Positions 38,022 through 50,200 of a DNA stretch of 64,000 nucleotides are shown piece after piece. Every line of letters starts with the position of its first letter. The first letter of the stretch is position 1. The notes below the pieces were generated by a model. That model had not been told where the DNA came from, made no database searches, and saw only the letters and a program-made list of their open reading frames with translations. The translations under genes were made by a program, and so were the position numbers. Source of the DNA: Amoeboaphelidium protococcarum X5 (lineage: Eukaryota; Fungi; Aphelidiomycota). The stretch lies in assembly GCA_023515725.1 (NCBI GenBank), contig JALDTO010000057.1:186001-250000 (forward strand), given 5' to 3'.

Positions 38022-39287
38022 ATGACTCAGAGCAATTCTGTTGGAAAGATTTACAACTATCCTAATGGTGACCGCCTGTACATGGCTTAGATTACCGCCG
38101 CTTATGCTGGCGTTGATGTCGAATTCCAGGCTACTGATATGGAGAAGGTGAAGTCGAGTGAGTTTATGAGCAAGTTTCCATACGGTCGCGTGCCTGCAAT
38201 GGACACCTAGGATGGTCCTCTGTATGAGTGTGCTGCCATTGCTCACTACATTGCACTGAAGGGTAAGAATCCTGCTTTGTTGGGTACCAGCGAATACGAG
38301 AAGGCTTTGGTCACCAAGTACATCTCCATTGGTAACATGGACATTGAAGGTAGCTTGGGATTGCGTAATTTGATGTACCTTAACTATGTTCCATACAACA
38401 AGGAGGCTGAGAAGACCTGCGTTGAGAACTACACTCGTGCTCTGAAAGTGTTGGACGTCGAGTTGAGCACCCGCACCTTCCTGGTCGGTGAGCGTGTATC
38501 TTTGGCTGATATTGTCGTCTGCTGTCTGCTGCTGAGAGGGTACTAGAAGTATTTCGATGAGTCTTTCCGCTCCTCGATCCCTAACGTCACCCGTTGGTTC
38601 CTGACTGTTGTTAACCAACCAAAGGTGAAGAATGTGATAGGCGAGGTGAAGCTCTGTGTTTAGCCAGCCAAGTATGAGAAGAAGGCTGCCCCAGCCGCTG
38701 CTGCTGCTCCAGCTAAGAAGGACAAGAAGAAGAAGGATGATGCTTTTGAGGATGATGCCGGCGATGATCTGGTGCCTTAAGAGGAGAAGAAGAAGTCTGT
38801 GCTAGACTCTCTGCCACCATCTACGTTCATCATGGATGCTTGGAAGAGATTCTACTCCAACAATGAGCCTCCACAGTCTTCCAAGTTCTTCCAGGACAAT
38901 TTTGATCCCGAGGGATTCAGCATGTGGAAGTGCGAGTACAAGTACAATGATGAGTTGACCCAGATCTTCATGTCCAGCAACTTGATCGGCGGCTTCTTCC
39001 ACCGTCTGGAGCGTGCCCGCAAGTACGCCTTCGGTTCCATGATTGTGACTGGTGAGAACAACAATAACAAGATTTCCGGTATGTGGATCTTCCGTGGTCA
39101 GGTTGTGCCTGAGGAAGTGACCGATGCTGCCGACTATGAATCCTACGCCTTTACTAAGGTTAATGTTGGCGGTAAGGTTGGTGCTCTCGAGATTTCCGCT
39201 GAGGACAAGTAGTTATGGGACGAGTACTTGGCTTGGGAAGGTGCTCACCTGCCTGGAAAGTTTGCTGATGGTAAGATTTTTAAGTGA
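38022..39287 (+). CDS. EEF1G: Translation elongation factor eEF1B gamma
   Basis: GST-like N-domain (KFPYGRVPA, TRTFLVGERVSLADI, NVTRWF) and C-domain WKRFYSN, YKYNDELTQIFMSSNLIGGFFHRLE, DGKIFK-TGA. Confidence 0.97.
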
Positions 39288-40026
39288 TCGCGGTTTGCAC
39301 TTAAGTGGTTAATATCATGATCATTAATTAGTATTATCAGCATATTTTTGTAAGGAAACGTTTTCTTCTTTTTCAATGAAACAAAATTTATCTCTATTTA
39401 TTAAAACTCTAGTATTAACACCCAATCGCGCATTTCTATTGGGTTTCAACAGTACAATATAAATACTCAATCGCACATCTTTATCGTTTGTATCAATCAA
39501 ATCAGTGTAGCTATGTGCGAGTACAGTCAGAGATAGTGGTACCGAAAGAGCATGTGTGATATACCGTTGGTTTCAGTGTGAAAAATAGTATAATGAAGCG
39601 CGGAATAAAATGGGGCATCAGAGTGTAGTATGTCTGGTAAAGTGAGTTTTGTCGGTGCGGTGGTCGACCACCCGTTGTTTGGCTGTGATTGGGCGAGCGC
39701 GTATCTGCTTACCGAAAATTTGAACAGGCTTTGGCGTGAGCGTCGACGGCAGTGAAGAAAACCAACTCATGGCACGTCAAAGTAAAATCATTGTCTTTTA
39801 TACATGAAATTTATGTCTCTTAACTCAGGGACTTCAATTAAACAATCTTCTTCAGTACTAAAATAGTAGAAAAATCTAACATTCTCAATTACTAAAAAAA
39901 TAAGAAGCCAAGATTCTGACGTGAAATGTAATAGAAAATATTCTAATTAACGGTGTACTTAGGGTCCGTATAACTACTTTAATTGTGACAATTTTAGAAT
40001 CAATAAAGAGGATGTACATGTGTAAT

Positions 40027-41943
40027 TCAATTGGCGAGACTTATCTCGATTGGCGCAGTATTCTCACCAAAAAGGCATTGTGCAACTGAGTAGTCATCAG
40101 TGTCGAATAACACAGAGACTCGGTTTGGGTGCTTTAAAATACCGGTGGGTTGGTCGGTCGCATTTCTACGGAAATCCACAATCGCGTAGTCATTAACAGC
40201 AAGTAATACGTATTTTCCATCAGGCGGAGAAAATCTGATAAGATGTTCACCAACGCCGTCTCCATTCACGAGTAATTCAATGCCCCAACGTAAACTGCCA
40301 TTCAGATAAAAGTCAATTTCACCGGCAATCACCTGCTGACTGTCGATATTATAGTTCGGAGGAAAGATTTTCGACAGTTCCGGGCAAATAGAACAGTGAG
40401 GAGGTGTATGCAATGCCAGCCCTTCCATAAACAGATGTTGAAAGACAGCTTCCTTTGGAAAATCTCCCGGAAGAGTAGAATTACTTAAGACAGTGAGAGA
40501 CATACTATAAACCACTTTCCTAATAAGTTCTCGGAGGGAGGATGGAGAAGTTTGTGAACGATTTGAGAATATCCGCTTGAAATAACATCGCTTTGCCAAC
40601 CGAGAAGAGAAACAGAAAGACGAGTCAGGAAGCTCCACCAATATGCCAGCCTTCTTGAGCGAAGAGTAGGAATCATCATCTAGTGGATTAGTAAAGCCAT
40701 CGCACCGAATCTATTTGTTTTCGAAACAACCTTTAAGAAACCTCTTGAAGTCATTGCCAGATGGATAGGAATGAGCGCTCCCAAAACAACGAGCCATGTT
40801 TTGAACAAATGGGTCAGAGAGACAATACTGAAGACAACAAAGTCTCTTCAACATCATCATTCTTGAAGGAGAAAAATTCTCTCTCAAGAGCATCGATAGA
40901 CGAGCGCAAAGCTCCAACAAGATCTCCACATTCTTTGACAAGAACATCCTTTAAGATTTTATGCTGCCTGATGCTTGCGGGCAATCCAATATCGCGGAGT
41001 TCAAGCAGCTAGTAGGCTTCTTCGTCAGTCAGTAGAAAATCCATTCTTGAAAGTCTGGGAAGAGATTTCAATTCGACAGGACTTAAATTTATCTCCAGAT
41101 AATGAATGAGTGGCAGAAATAATGAATTTGATGTTTTCTGGCATCCATAATCCAGTGGCCTTTATCAGGGATCCCCAGAATGGTCCTTCGCCATACTTCT
41201 ATTACGCGTCATCAACAAAAACAACAACTTTTTTTTAGCAAGGACTCTGGAGATTTTCCATTACTATAAGTCTATCCCAGCTTCGGACATGACGCAAATG
41301 GCGTTCTTTCATCCAGGAATGAGATCCCGAGGACTTCGACGTTTCTATTGGCAGCCTGATAGAGTTTGAACAAGGAACTCTTTCCAGAGGCAGCAGGTGA
41401 ACTCAATAAGACAATAGAGCTTTTAGAAACTAACAACTGAAGCTTTCCAACCAATTCATTTCTCTTAAGGTGCTCAGTGCCCAAGGCAATACCATCAATT
41501 CTGATGTTGATAAAAGCATTAGACGAACCAAAAGCATTTGCACCCGAATCAACTTCCATTTCATCACCTCTAAACGGAGAGCCGGCTGACGATGGGACCG
41601 CAACAATAAGGGCTTCTTTCTTCGACTTTCCCAGACCATCAACGAGAGAATCTTCTTCTAACGGCATTTCCTTGCCATCTTCAACGGAGGCATTTCTTTT
41701 GTCAAAAGCAGCTTTGTTCTTCTAGACGAGTAGGTTGGCAGCATCCACAGAAGACAGCTTGTTGGAATGCTTAGCCTTGACAGCATCTCCAAATTGAGCA
41801 ATGCAAGAGCCAGGTGGAAGATAGACACAACTAGCACGCGTCCCCTTGTATGGCTCCCCAGTAGCAGAGTCCAAGAGCAGAAACCAAATGAGAGGAGAAG
41901 TAGATGACATACAGGACTGTTGTTGTTGAGAGTTGGATGTCAT
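40027..41943 (-). pseudogene. Crinkler (CRN)-type gene: header domain, P-loop NTPase and restriction-endonuclease-like C-terminus; frameshifted
   Basis: Header WFLLLDSATGEPYKGT...DAVKAKHSNKLSSVDAANLLV...KEALIVAVP; Walker A SPAASGKSS; Walker B VVFVDDAQ; EAVFQHLF...CPELS...GEIDFYLNG..RWGIELL. At least four frame changes lie between about 41300 and 40830. Confidence 0.85.
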
Positions 41944-42564
41944 TTTTATTATTTTGGGGAACTAATTGTCATTACACAACTTGGTTGACGGTTGTAAACT
42001 CTGACGCTCGCGTCCCTGTCCTCGCGGACTTTTATGAAATTTGCTCTTATAAAGGCCGCCGCTACCAGTCACGCATGTTTGCGCGGGAACTTGAACTAGC
42101 AAGTCGATCCAAGTAGAAGCCAAACTTTGCTCTCGCTCGTAGGCTTTTAATCTCGGCTCGCAATTATTTTCTACGGATTTCACAAATCTCGAATTTGCGA
42201 TACTAATGTTGCGTTATGGACAGCAACCTCTTAGGAACTAAGATATATTGAAACAAATGATCAAATGTTATCTTTTATGATCGTTTGTCAGCTTGCTCGT
42301 AAGCGATCGATCTTTTTAGCTACAAGTCTGACCATCGATGTTAGACGAGTGGAATGTGTCAAGGATGCTAGAGTTGAGTCCATTACGATGTGATCAAGGA
42401 GACACGCCTCTTTCCCAGAGCAGCCGATCAACTTGACTTTAATGAATATTATGAGTAAATAAAATAATAATGGAAGCTGCGTCTTCTCTCCGAGCTTGTA
42501 TGCTCATCAGGACTGTGTTTCCTAATCCTCTGATGTCATTACTGCTGTGCTCAGTGACCCACCT

Positions 42565-42830
42565 AATAACTAAACAGAATTTACAAGTGCGTATTTCGGC
42601 ATACATTACACACTATCATGACGCGACATTAGTGTAAACCGATAAGAATTTAAACTTGCCTCAGTTGATCATTATTAATACATTGCGTTCATCAGATTGC
42701 GGTACATCAACAGAAGATTTCGTGGAAGGGACAAATGCTACAGGATGCAAAAAGGCCTTAAATGTAAGTACAAGATTTTGTTTATTGCAGAGGCTAGCAA
42801 AGAATTTATACCAATAGATTGGCCGCCCAA
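42565..42830. repeat. Dispersed non-coding repeat, copy B, immediately 3' of the Fanzor remnant
   Basis: Same orientation as and colinear with 37592-37850; 32 of 38 nt match in the leftmost block. Confidence 0.75.
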
Positions 42831-42899
42831 CGCACTGAAATTTAGCGCTTGCCAAGGTGCATAGATTCTTCCTTTCTTTGATTATTGTTGCTACTTTTT

Positions 42900-43650
42900 T
42901 GTTACACAAATAAGGGGTATTTCAAGTCCAGCATCTCGAGCTTTAGCCAAATTCACTAAATCCTCTCTGCGGCTATGATGTCACGGTGGAAAATTTCATG
43001 ATAGTGTCTGCAATATTTTACTCGTAGACCAAAGCTATCGCTCTTTGTGTCACAACACGGAGACATTTATGAGGTGAGATGCTCATTCAGATAGATCACG
43101 GGATAGCCTAGACTCTTGACCTTTGCCATGGAGTATTTCTCGAATGACTTGTGAGTTATCTACTTGCTATCGAATTACGCATCCCCAAGACCAAATATGA
43201 CTTTGCCGAGACATTTCTTAGTAATATTACCAGCAACCATTTTTAAAATTGCATTGGTAGCCCTTTCATACTCTGCTATTTCGCGCCTTTTTTATCGTGC
43301 CATTAAGCTCCTTTCCATCGATTACTACAGCAATATATTCTGAGTTCAGGATATGATGCTATACAATGAATCCAATAATTCAACAGCAACTCGTCGTTTA
43401 GACGTTCCAGAGTGCGTGCGGCTTCCTAAATCGTGAGAGACCTTTCATAGAATCACTTTCTAAATCGACCACCTGGCTCGTTCAACGCTGAAGACTTAAT
43501 AGCAAGTGACCGTAATCGGCGACTTTCGCCGGTACGTCTCTAGGCCACTGCACCTACTGCATACTTCTCCCCAATATCAGTACAGCATACCCAATACTCA
43601 GTGAGATCGACTGAGGACACGCGAATCCTACAATAATCTATATTAAGGGG
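42900..43650 (-). pseudogene. Fanzor1 (eukaryotic TnpB-like RNA-guided nuclease) RuvC-domain remnant
   Basis: VCCTDIGEKYAVGA (RuvC-I), SLAIKSSALNEP..RFRK*, AEYERATNAILKMVAG, VIFGLGDAQF, KSLGYPVIYLNEHLTSQMSPCC (RuvC-II plus Zn site) and LRVKYCRHYHEIFHRDIIAAE (RuvC-III). Has an in-frame TGA, frameshifts and no 5' part. Confidence 0.85.
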
Positions 43651-43838
43651 GAAAAGAAGCCATGTGTGATTCACTATCGCAGGAGATGCGCGTGAAGTTT
43701 TTGTTTCAACTTCAAAGCTCTCTTTTTTGTTCTTCTTGTTTCTCTTCAGTTATAGACCAAGAGCCATCTGTATTTAACAATTTCCTTTATTATTACAATA
43801 TCTCAGACTTATTGAGTCAGTGTTTTGTATCATCCAAT

Positions 43839-46800
43839 ATGATAGTCTTTTTATAATTTGTGTTGGATGCCAAATCTCATGAGGTGTAGAATCTAAAGAC
43901 TGTCATGTCAAGTGACGGTGAACAACAAAAACAATCATCTTCATCCTTGTCCGTCCAATCTCTGATTCCGTTTCTACGAGATGCAATTGCCAAGTTTTAG
44001 GATGAGTAGATATCTGCTGCCTTTGATTTCATACTGACTAATGAGGTGGGTGCGGTCTAGTATACTGCATGTAAGTTATATCTGTTGGATGACTCACATC
44101 TGGCTCAGGTCCAGTGCTTGGTGTCTGATTCTCCTCTCCCAACAACTATCCATCAACACTTACGGCTGAATAGTGAAAAGTTGGGTGATGTTAGAGCTTT
44201 GTAACAGTTGGATTGTGTTACTGCGACTTAATATCTTAATGCTGCCTCTGATGGTTTATCATATCTTAGGCGTATACCTCCGGCATTATTTATTAAGTAC
44301 TTACTGGCGCCTTTAGTATTAGAGAATAGTGTCGCTGTTATATCAAAATAATGTCCAATCATTTTAGTTCGGACTTTGTAGTCTCTCCATGGATTGCTAA
44401 TGGGACAGGCATTAACCACATTTATACCTTATTTGCCTGATTAAATGCTCGATGTAATTCATTCGCCGACTCTGTACCTAATTGGCTATTTCATCAACCG
44501 TTAATTGTAATAATAGTAAAGTATCGATTTGGAATTTCCTGAGGATGTTACAGTACTCGATTTGGATTCTATGGAGGTCATTTAAATTGGGCAACTTGCG
44601 GTTTAGTTGCCATATTAAGAGTATCTACTAGCAGGATTGGAACAACTTTGGTATGGGCTTCAGGGTTGTCCTTGTGGATTTGAACATTCTAAAATCTAAG
44701 CTTGTTATTTTAATTCCCAGCAGAAAATGTAATCAAGTATACATAATGTGTTTATTAGTTGGTACAGTAAGATATTTATAACTCTACCTCTGTGTTTTTT
44801 GAGAACCAAGAATAATTATAGATTTGATCACCTTAAATTCCTGAATGGTGTCGCCGATGACTTGAGGCATACTTACTCTAAATTGGTCGAGACATCTGCA
44901 TTTCATTAAATGGTGGACTTGTTGTGCACAATTAAATTATGTTTTGATCAAGTCCAGATCTAAGAGGATTTCATCGGTGGTATTTTTGTAGTTCTAAAAG
45001 CTGGGATTGAAGTTGGAACTTCTGTAATGTCCCTCTGCCTGGCAATGAATCTTTTATAATTATAGTCTCCATTATTCTGCAGTGATATCGATGACCTATC
45101 GTCTGATGATCAATGCGGTGATATCCTGGTGGACAAGATGGTTAAAGTTATATCTGGCTAGTAGTTGGTCACCTAAAGATTCTGCGATAGTCTGATGAAA
45201 GTCTGCGCAAATGACCATCAACGTCGCCAGTTGCTCTCAGCCTCAGTATAAGTTATTGTCAATGGCGATTAGTCGTACAATACTGATTCTACCGATTTAC
45301 CGCAGTGTTTTAAGGTTGCTGAGATGGTCAAGTTCTTATCTAATATTCAGCTAAGTTATCCCGATTATCTCCAACTTTTACCAGCCTCTGAGTAAAAGTA
45401 TTTGCTCGTTATATTCTCAAAGCTTGACAGCAAGAGAAATTAATCTTTAGAGTAGCTGGCATGCGGAAAGGACAAATCCGTATAAAACGATAAATATGTC
45501 CTTAATTGTAATCCTGTCACTTCTCTAAATAGCACAGACTCTCTGGATGAGTCCACATAGAGTGATATTCCAGCTTTTATGTAAAAGTTCATCGACCGCC
45601 CATAAGAATTGACTGCTCATATCGTTGGTATGGTGAGTAATATGATTAAAGTTTTGTCGTTGCAATCCAATCATTCCACTGGTAGTAGTGGTGATATATT
45701 TAAAGACAGTGGTAACAGTTCTCTAAATGATCTTTCCTCTTCCAACAACCCGCTGAGCAATTTGGTTTCCCGCAGAGCTTCATCTCAAGTTAATGGATCT
45801 AGTACCGCTGGCTCCGATAATTAACGTAAGAAGTCTGTGTTCGCCACATTTCTGCCAGAAGGTGATAGTCTGGACTCATTATCTCTGTCTGAAGATACGC
45901 ACATGCAATACTTTATCTTAACTCAGTCTTCCATGTTGAGGATGGTGAAGAAAATGCCAGCTTATGAAGACTTCAAGCGGCTTATTGTAATTTTGCGACA
46001 CATCAATTTGCAACACTTGCGGACGGATTGTGATAAGCTGGCTTTCTGGCTTAATATACGCAACTCTCTGATTATCCAGGCTGTCATTGAATTCGGTGTA
46101 CCTATGAATGAATAGCACTATATCAATTTCTTGTGCGAAAAGCCGTGTTATATTATATCTGACAGCAGCTTTAGTGTTAATGAGATAACGTACGGTATTT
46201 TGAAAGGCAGGTGTCCCATCCCCAAAGCTCTATCTGGTCATCAACAATAGTCATCGGGATCCAGCGCAGTGTAGTAGTTGACTCAGGTGATTGTGGTTAC
46301 GCACTCTCATTCGCGCGCGTCTACTGCTGGTAGTATCACTGGAGCTGGTCAAGACGGTGGCGGCGCTTTATCTCATAAATCTAGTGAATTAACAACCAGC
46401 GGTGGGAAGCTTAAGCCTATGCTGGAGGCTGATATTAAAATGAAGTCTGCTAATGAGATGGACCAGTACGTGAATAGACCCGCCGTATTGCATTTAAGAA
46501 TAACTACATCTGATCCACGCTCTTCGTACCTCCTTCTTGATAGTTATCCGTCAGTCAATTTTTGCCTAGTGGACTGTACCAGCACTGGATCTCCATTAAT
46601 CTGTTTTGAAGCTGAATAAGTGCTCGCAATGATTACACAGCTGGCTGTATCGTATTTAAACTCGAAAATATTACTGGTATCTGAGAGCAAGAAACAATTT
46701 ACTCCTTTGAAGAAGTAGTTGAAAGTTATTATCGTCAAGATTCCAAAGCTTATCATGAATCAGATGAAGGATTTTGGCGGTGCGTCTAATGCAGAATAAC

Positions 46801-47090
46801 TGTTGAAGTACTTTATTGCTGCATATCCTTAATGTAATCTTGCGACCACTCTTTTGAAGGAGAAGGTTGTTGTGAGATAAGGTCTTTTGTCATCTACAAC
46901 ATCGTCATCTGCAAAGTCTCTTACTCCTCAGTATATGCACGATAAACTGGTTGTATCAAGAATGGAGCAGTTGCAGTTGGATATGTCGCGTCTCAAAATT
47001 GAAGAGTATGAAGAACTTAGATTCATGCTTCAAGTTCCGATCGATAGGAATGTCACTAGTTCTAGTCGTGATCTTCTGAATATATAATGA
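43839..47090 (+). CDS. DENN-like domain plus C-terminal DUF547-like domain protein
   Basis: FDFILTNEVG, LVLENSV, FIPYLPDQMLDVIHSPTLYLIG and VTVLDLD (DENN); KLAFWLNIRNSLII, FSVNEITYGILKG and VNFCLVDCTSTGSP (DUF547). Ends TAA-TGA. Confidence 0.75.
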
Positions 47091-47287
47091 GTCGATTCTG
47101 ATCACATATACATCTTATCTAAGTATGGTAGTGTATTGTACCAGTAATAATATAAATGTTTACTGCTTTAATTTAATCCCATTTTATTTCATCTCACTAT
47201 TCATCATCATCAATTTAAACACTTTTTATTCAACTAACCCCAAACAATCAAATTAAAATCCTATTTCTCACTTTCTATTCAAAGCAT

Positions 47288-50200
47288 TCAAGCTTTAATA
47301 CCATCAACATGAGAGCCGACAATCTGGATAGAAATTTCAATCTAATCCAAGATGAAATTAACCTCAGATATAGCAGAAATGTCAGGCAGATGATCGTCTT
47401 CAATGTACAAGACCATCAGTGACTTCCAAATTCTCTTTAAACGGCCAATCATGTCCAGAGCCTCCATATCAATGACTTGTCTCTTGACTGCTGGCACACC
47501 AGTAACAGCATCCGGTAACTTGGTATGCATATCACTCAACTCGTCTTTCACTGCCTGCAATGCTGAACGCAACTTCTGATTCTCTACTTTACCACCCAAC
47601 TCTTGCTACTTCAATTGATCATTCTCATCCTCCAATTAGGAAGCATACTTGTCCAAATTCTGATTATCGTCCTTCAACTGTGCAATTTCCTCATCTCTCT
47701 AGTTTAACTCTTACTGCAACTTCTGATTCTCATCGCGTAGCTGCTTCAATTCTTCTTATTGAGGTGACTACTTCAATTTCTGCTGCTCAGCCATAGCACG
47801 TACAGTATTCTTGACATTATCGGGTATGAAAGGATTGTTCAAAACCTCCTATAACTACTCATCGGAAATCACTTCTTCTTCCTGTTGATTCTCCTTACCT
47901 TAAATTTATTCAATCTCTTTAGGAGGATTCTGATCAACAACTGCAGCTCTCTCAGTTTCAATTATGGCGTTAGATTTGGCATTATCTTCATTAACAACTT
48001 CTAGGCACTCGTCCAGGATCTTGTCTAGCGTCTTCAATTGACCTTTTATATCCTCCTACTGCCCTTCACCTTGACTTTCTACAACTGCAGGCAGAAACTT
48101 TGCACCGTCATCTTATTTACGCTCACTGAGATCATCTTCACTCTACTTGATAGAAGCCGACGTATAGTCTTGATTTGCTTAAGCCGAATCTTCAGCCTTC
48201 TCGGCCAACTCCTGAGATGACATAACATCACGATTATCCACAAGATCCTTATCTTGGATACCAATCAGCTACTATTCTTCTACTACTGGCATTACATTAA
48301 GAGATTCGCTCTTTTCAATATCATTCATCAACTGCGATAATGTCTTTCTATTCTCAGGCGTCTCCTTCAATTCTCTAGCCTCTTCAACTTGCCCCGGCTC
48401 AGCTCTAAAGCCATCATCACGTTGAGTCCCCACTTCAATCTAATCCTAGTTATCGACAGATACTTGCTAAACACCATCCACTTCCGATTCCTTCAGAGAA
48501 GCTATCAGGCCCATTTGCTCGACTGATTAATCTTTACCCTAGTCAGTCAAAATTTACTCAATTGGCACCTCTTGATCAGTCATCGCCGTCGCAACTTCCG
48601 CGGGTTGTTCACGTTGATCTTACTATACCTACATGGCGTCATGAGCTTCTTTAGAAGAATACTCTGGCAAAACTTCTGCAACCTCTTTATTTCCTTCAGT
48701 GGCATCTTATGCGACTTGTTACTAAGTTTCAACAGGCTTCCACTCTTCAATATTCTCTGCAAGATTCTTGATAATCTGCGTGCCCGACTTTTGCAGCCAA
48801 GGATTAGCCGAAGTTGTTTGCTCCTTAATTTCTTCCTAGACAACATCCATGCCAGAGACTTAATCGCCAACTTTAGATCCAGCATCCTCAATAACTTATG
48901 GGACAGTACCAACCACTGGACTCTCCTCAGCAATCTATTTGTCGGCACTGCTCTGTTGTAATTACTCGATAATAGGCGCATTACCACCAAAAGATTACTC
49001 CTAAGAAAAGTTTGCATTCTCATCTTCTCTAGCCTCAGCATCAGGCTTCTGAGATAAAGGTGCAGACTTTAGAATCGGAGCATTATCACGCAACTCATGC
49101 ATAACCTTGTCATAATCTACTGACTTTTTCAATCCATCACCTCCAATGTTCGTAGCGAACGCCTTCTTATCCTCAGCAGATTCTTTCAACTATTCCATAA
49201 CAGCATCGAACTGCGCACTCTTTGGCACATCTTCTCTGTCAGCGTGAACAACATTGGCATTCTCTTCTTTCAACTCAGACATTACTGAGTCGTACTAAGG
49301 AGAGGTAGTGACAGTTTACAGTTGCTTATCATTCTGCAAATCTGCCCCAGTCTCCTGCACCACTTCAGTCGATGAAGCAGTAGTCTTCTCATCATCAGGA
49401 ACTCCTTGCTTACTAGAATCCTTAATAATTTCATTTTATGCGACTCCACTGTCTTGATCTTGAGCAAAATTAGCTTCTTCAGAAGAGCCATTACCCACTT
49501 CAGCTTACTATTCTAATACCCTTGAAGCAGTCACCCCATCCTGCTGATGGGGAGAAGACTGTTTACCTTGAGTAGGCTGATACTAGGACTCCTGATCGCC
49601 AGCTACATCAACTGCTTAGACTTCATCGCGTGTGTCCTTCAGCTCAGACATGACCGCTTCGAATTTTTCATCAGATGGCATCTACAGGCTGGTAGACCCT
49701 GACTTATTAGCTGCATTCTACTGCAACTCTTACATAACTGTATCAAACTTGTCACTCTTCTCTCTCGAGTGCAGAGTTACAAAGGGCTCCTCATTCTCTT
49801 TCAGCTCTTTTAAAACTTGGTCAAATTCTTAAGATCTGGGCATTTATTCGCTATTAGATCGACCATCTTTCTAATTAGACTCAGTCTCTAACTACTTCAT
49901 GACCTCATCAAACTAAGGCGAATGTTCAATCTAATCAGACTCTAAGTGCCTAGGAGAAGATAAGGCAGCCGCATCCTACTGCTTAAGCTCACCCATCACT
50001 TGATCATAAGCTGGTGAAGTGACATGATCGATATCCTTCTCTCTAATCTGTTTATCGACTTCAGCTGGGACAACTGGTACGTTCTACTGCAGCTCTTTCA
50101 AGGTTTCTTCATACTAAGGGGATTTGACAACTTCAACCTTAATTTGCTTAAATTCTTATGCATCTAACTCCCTAGCATTATCAGCTTAGAAATCCTCTTT

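Noticed and set aside
38010-38618. 202-aa minus-strand ORF
   Set aside because: It is antisense to the strongly codon-biased eEF1-gamma gene.
39420-43660. Terminal inverted repeats or TSD delimiting a CRN-Fanzor composite transposon
   Set aside because: No convincing inverted repeat pair or duplication was found by eye, so element boundaries are not claimed.
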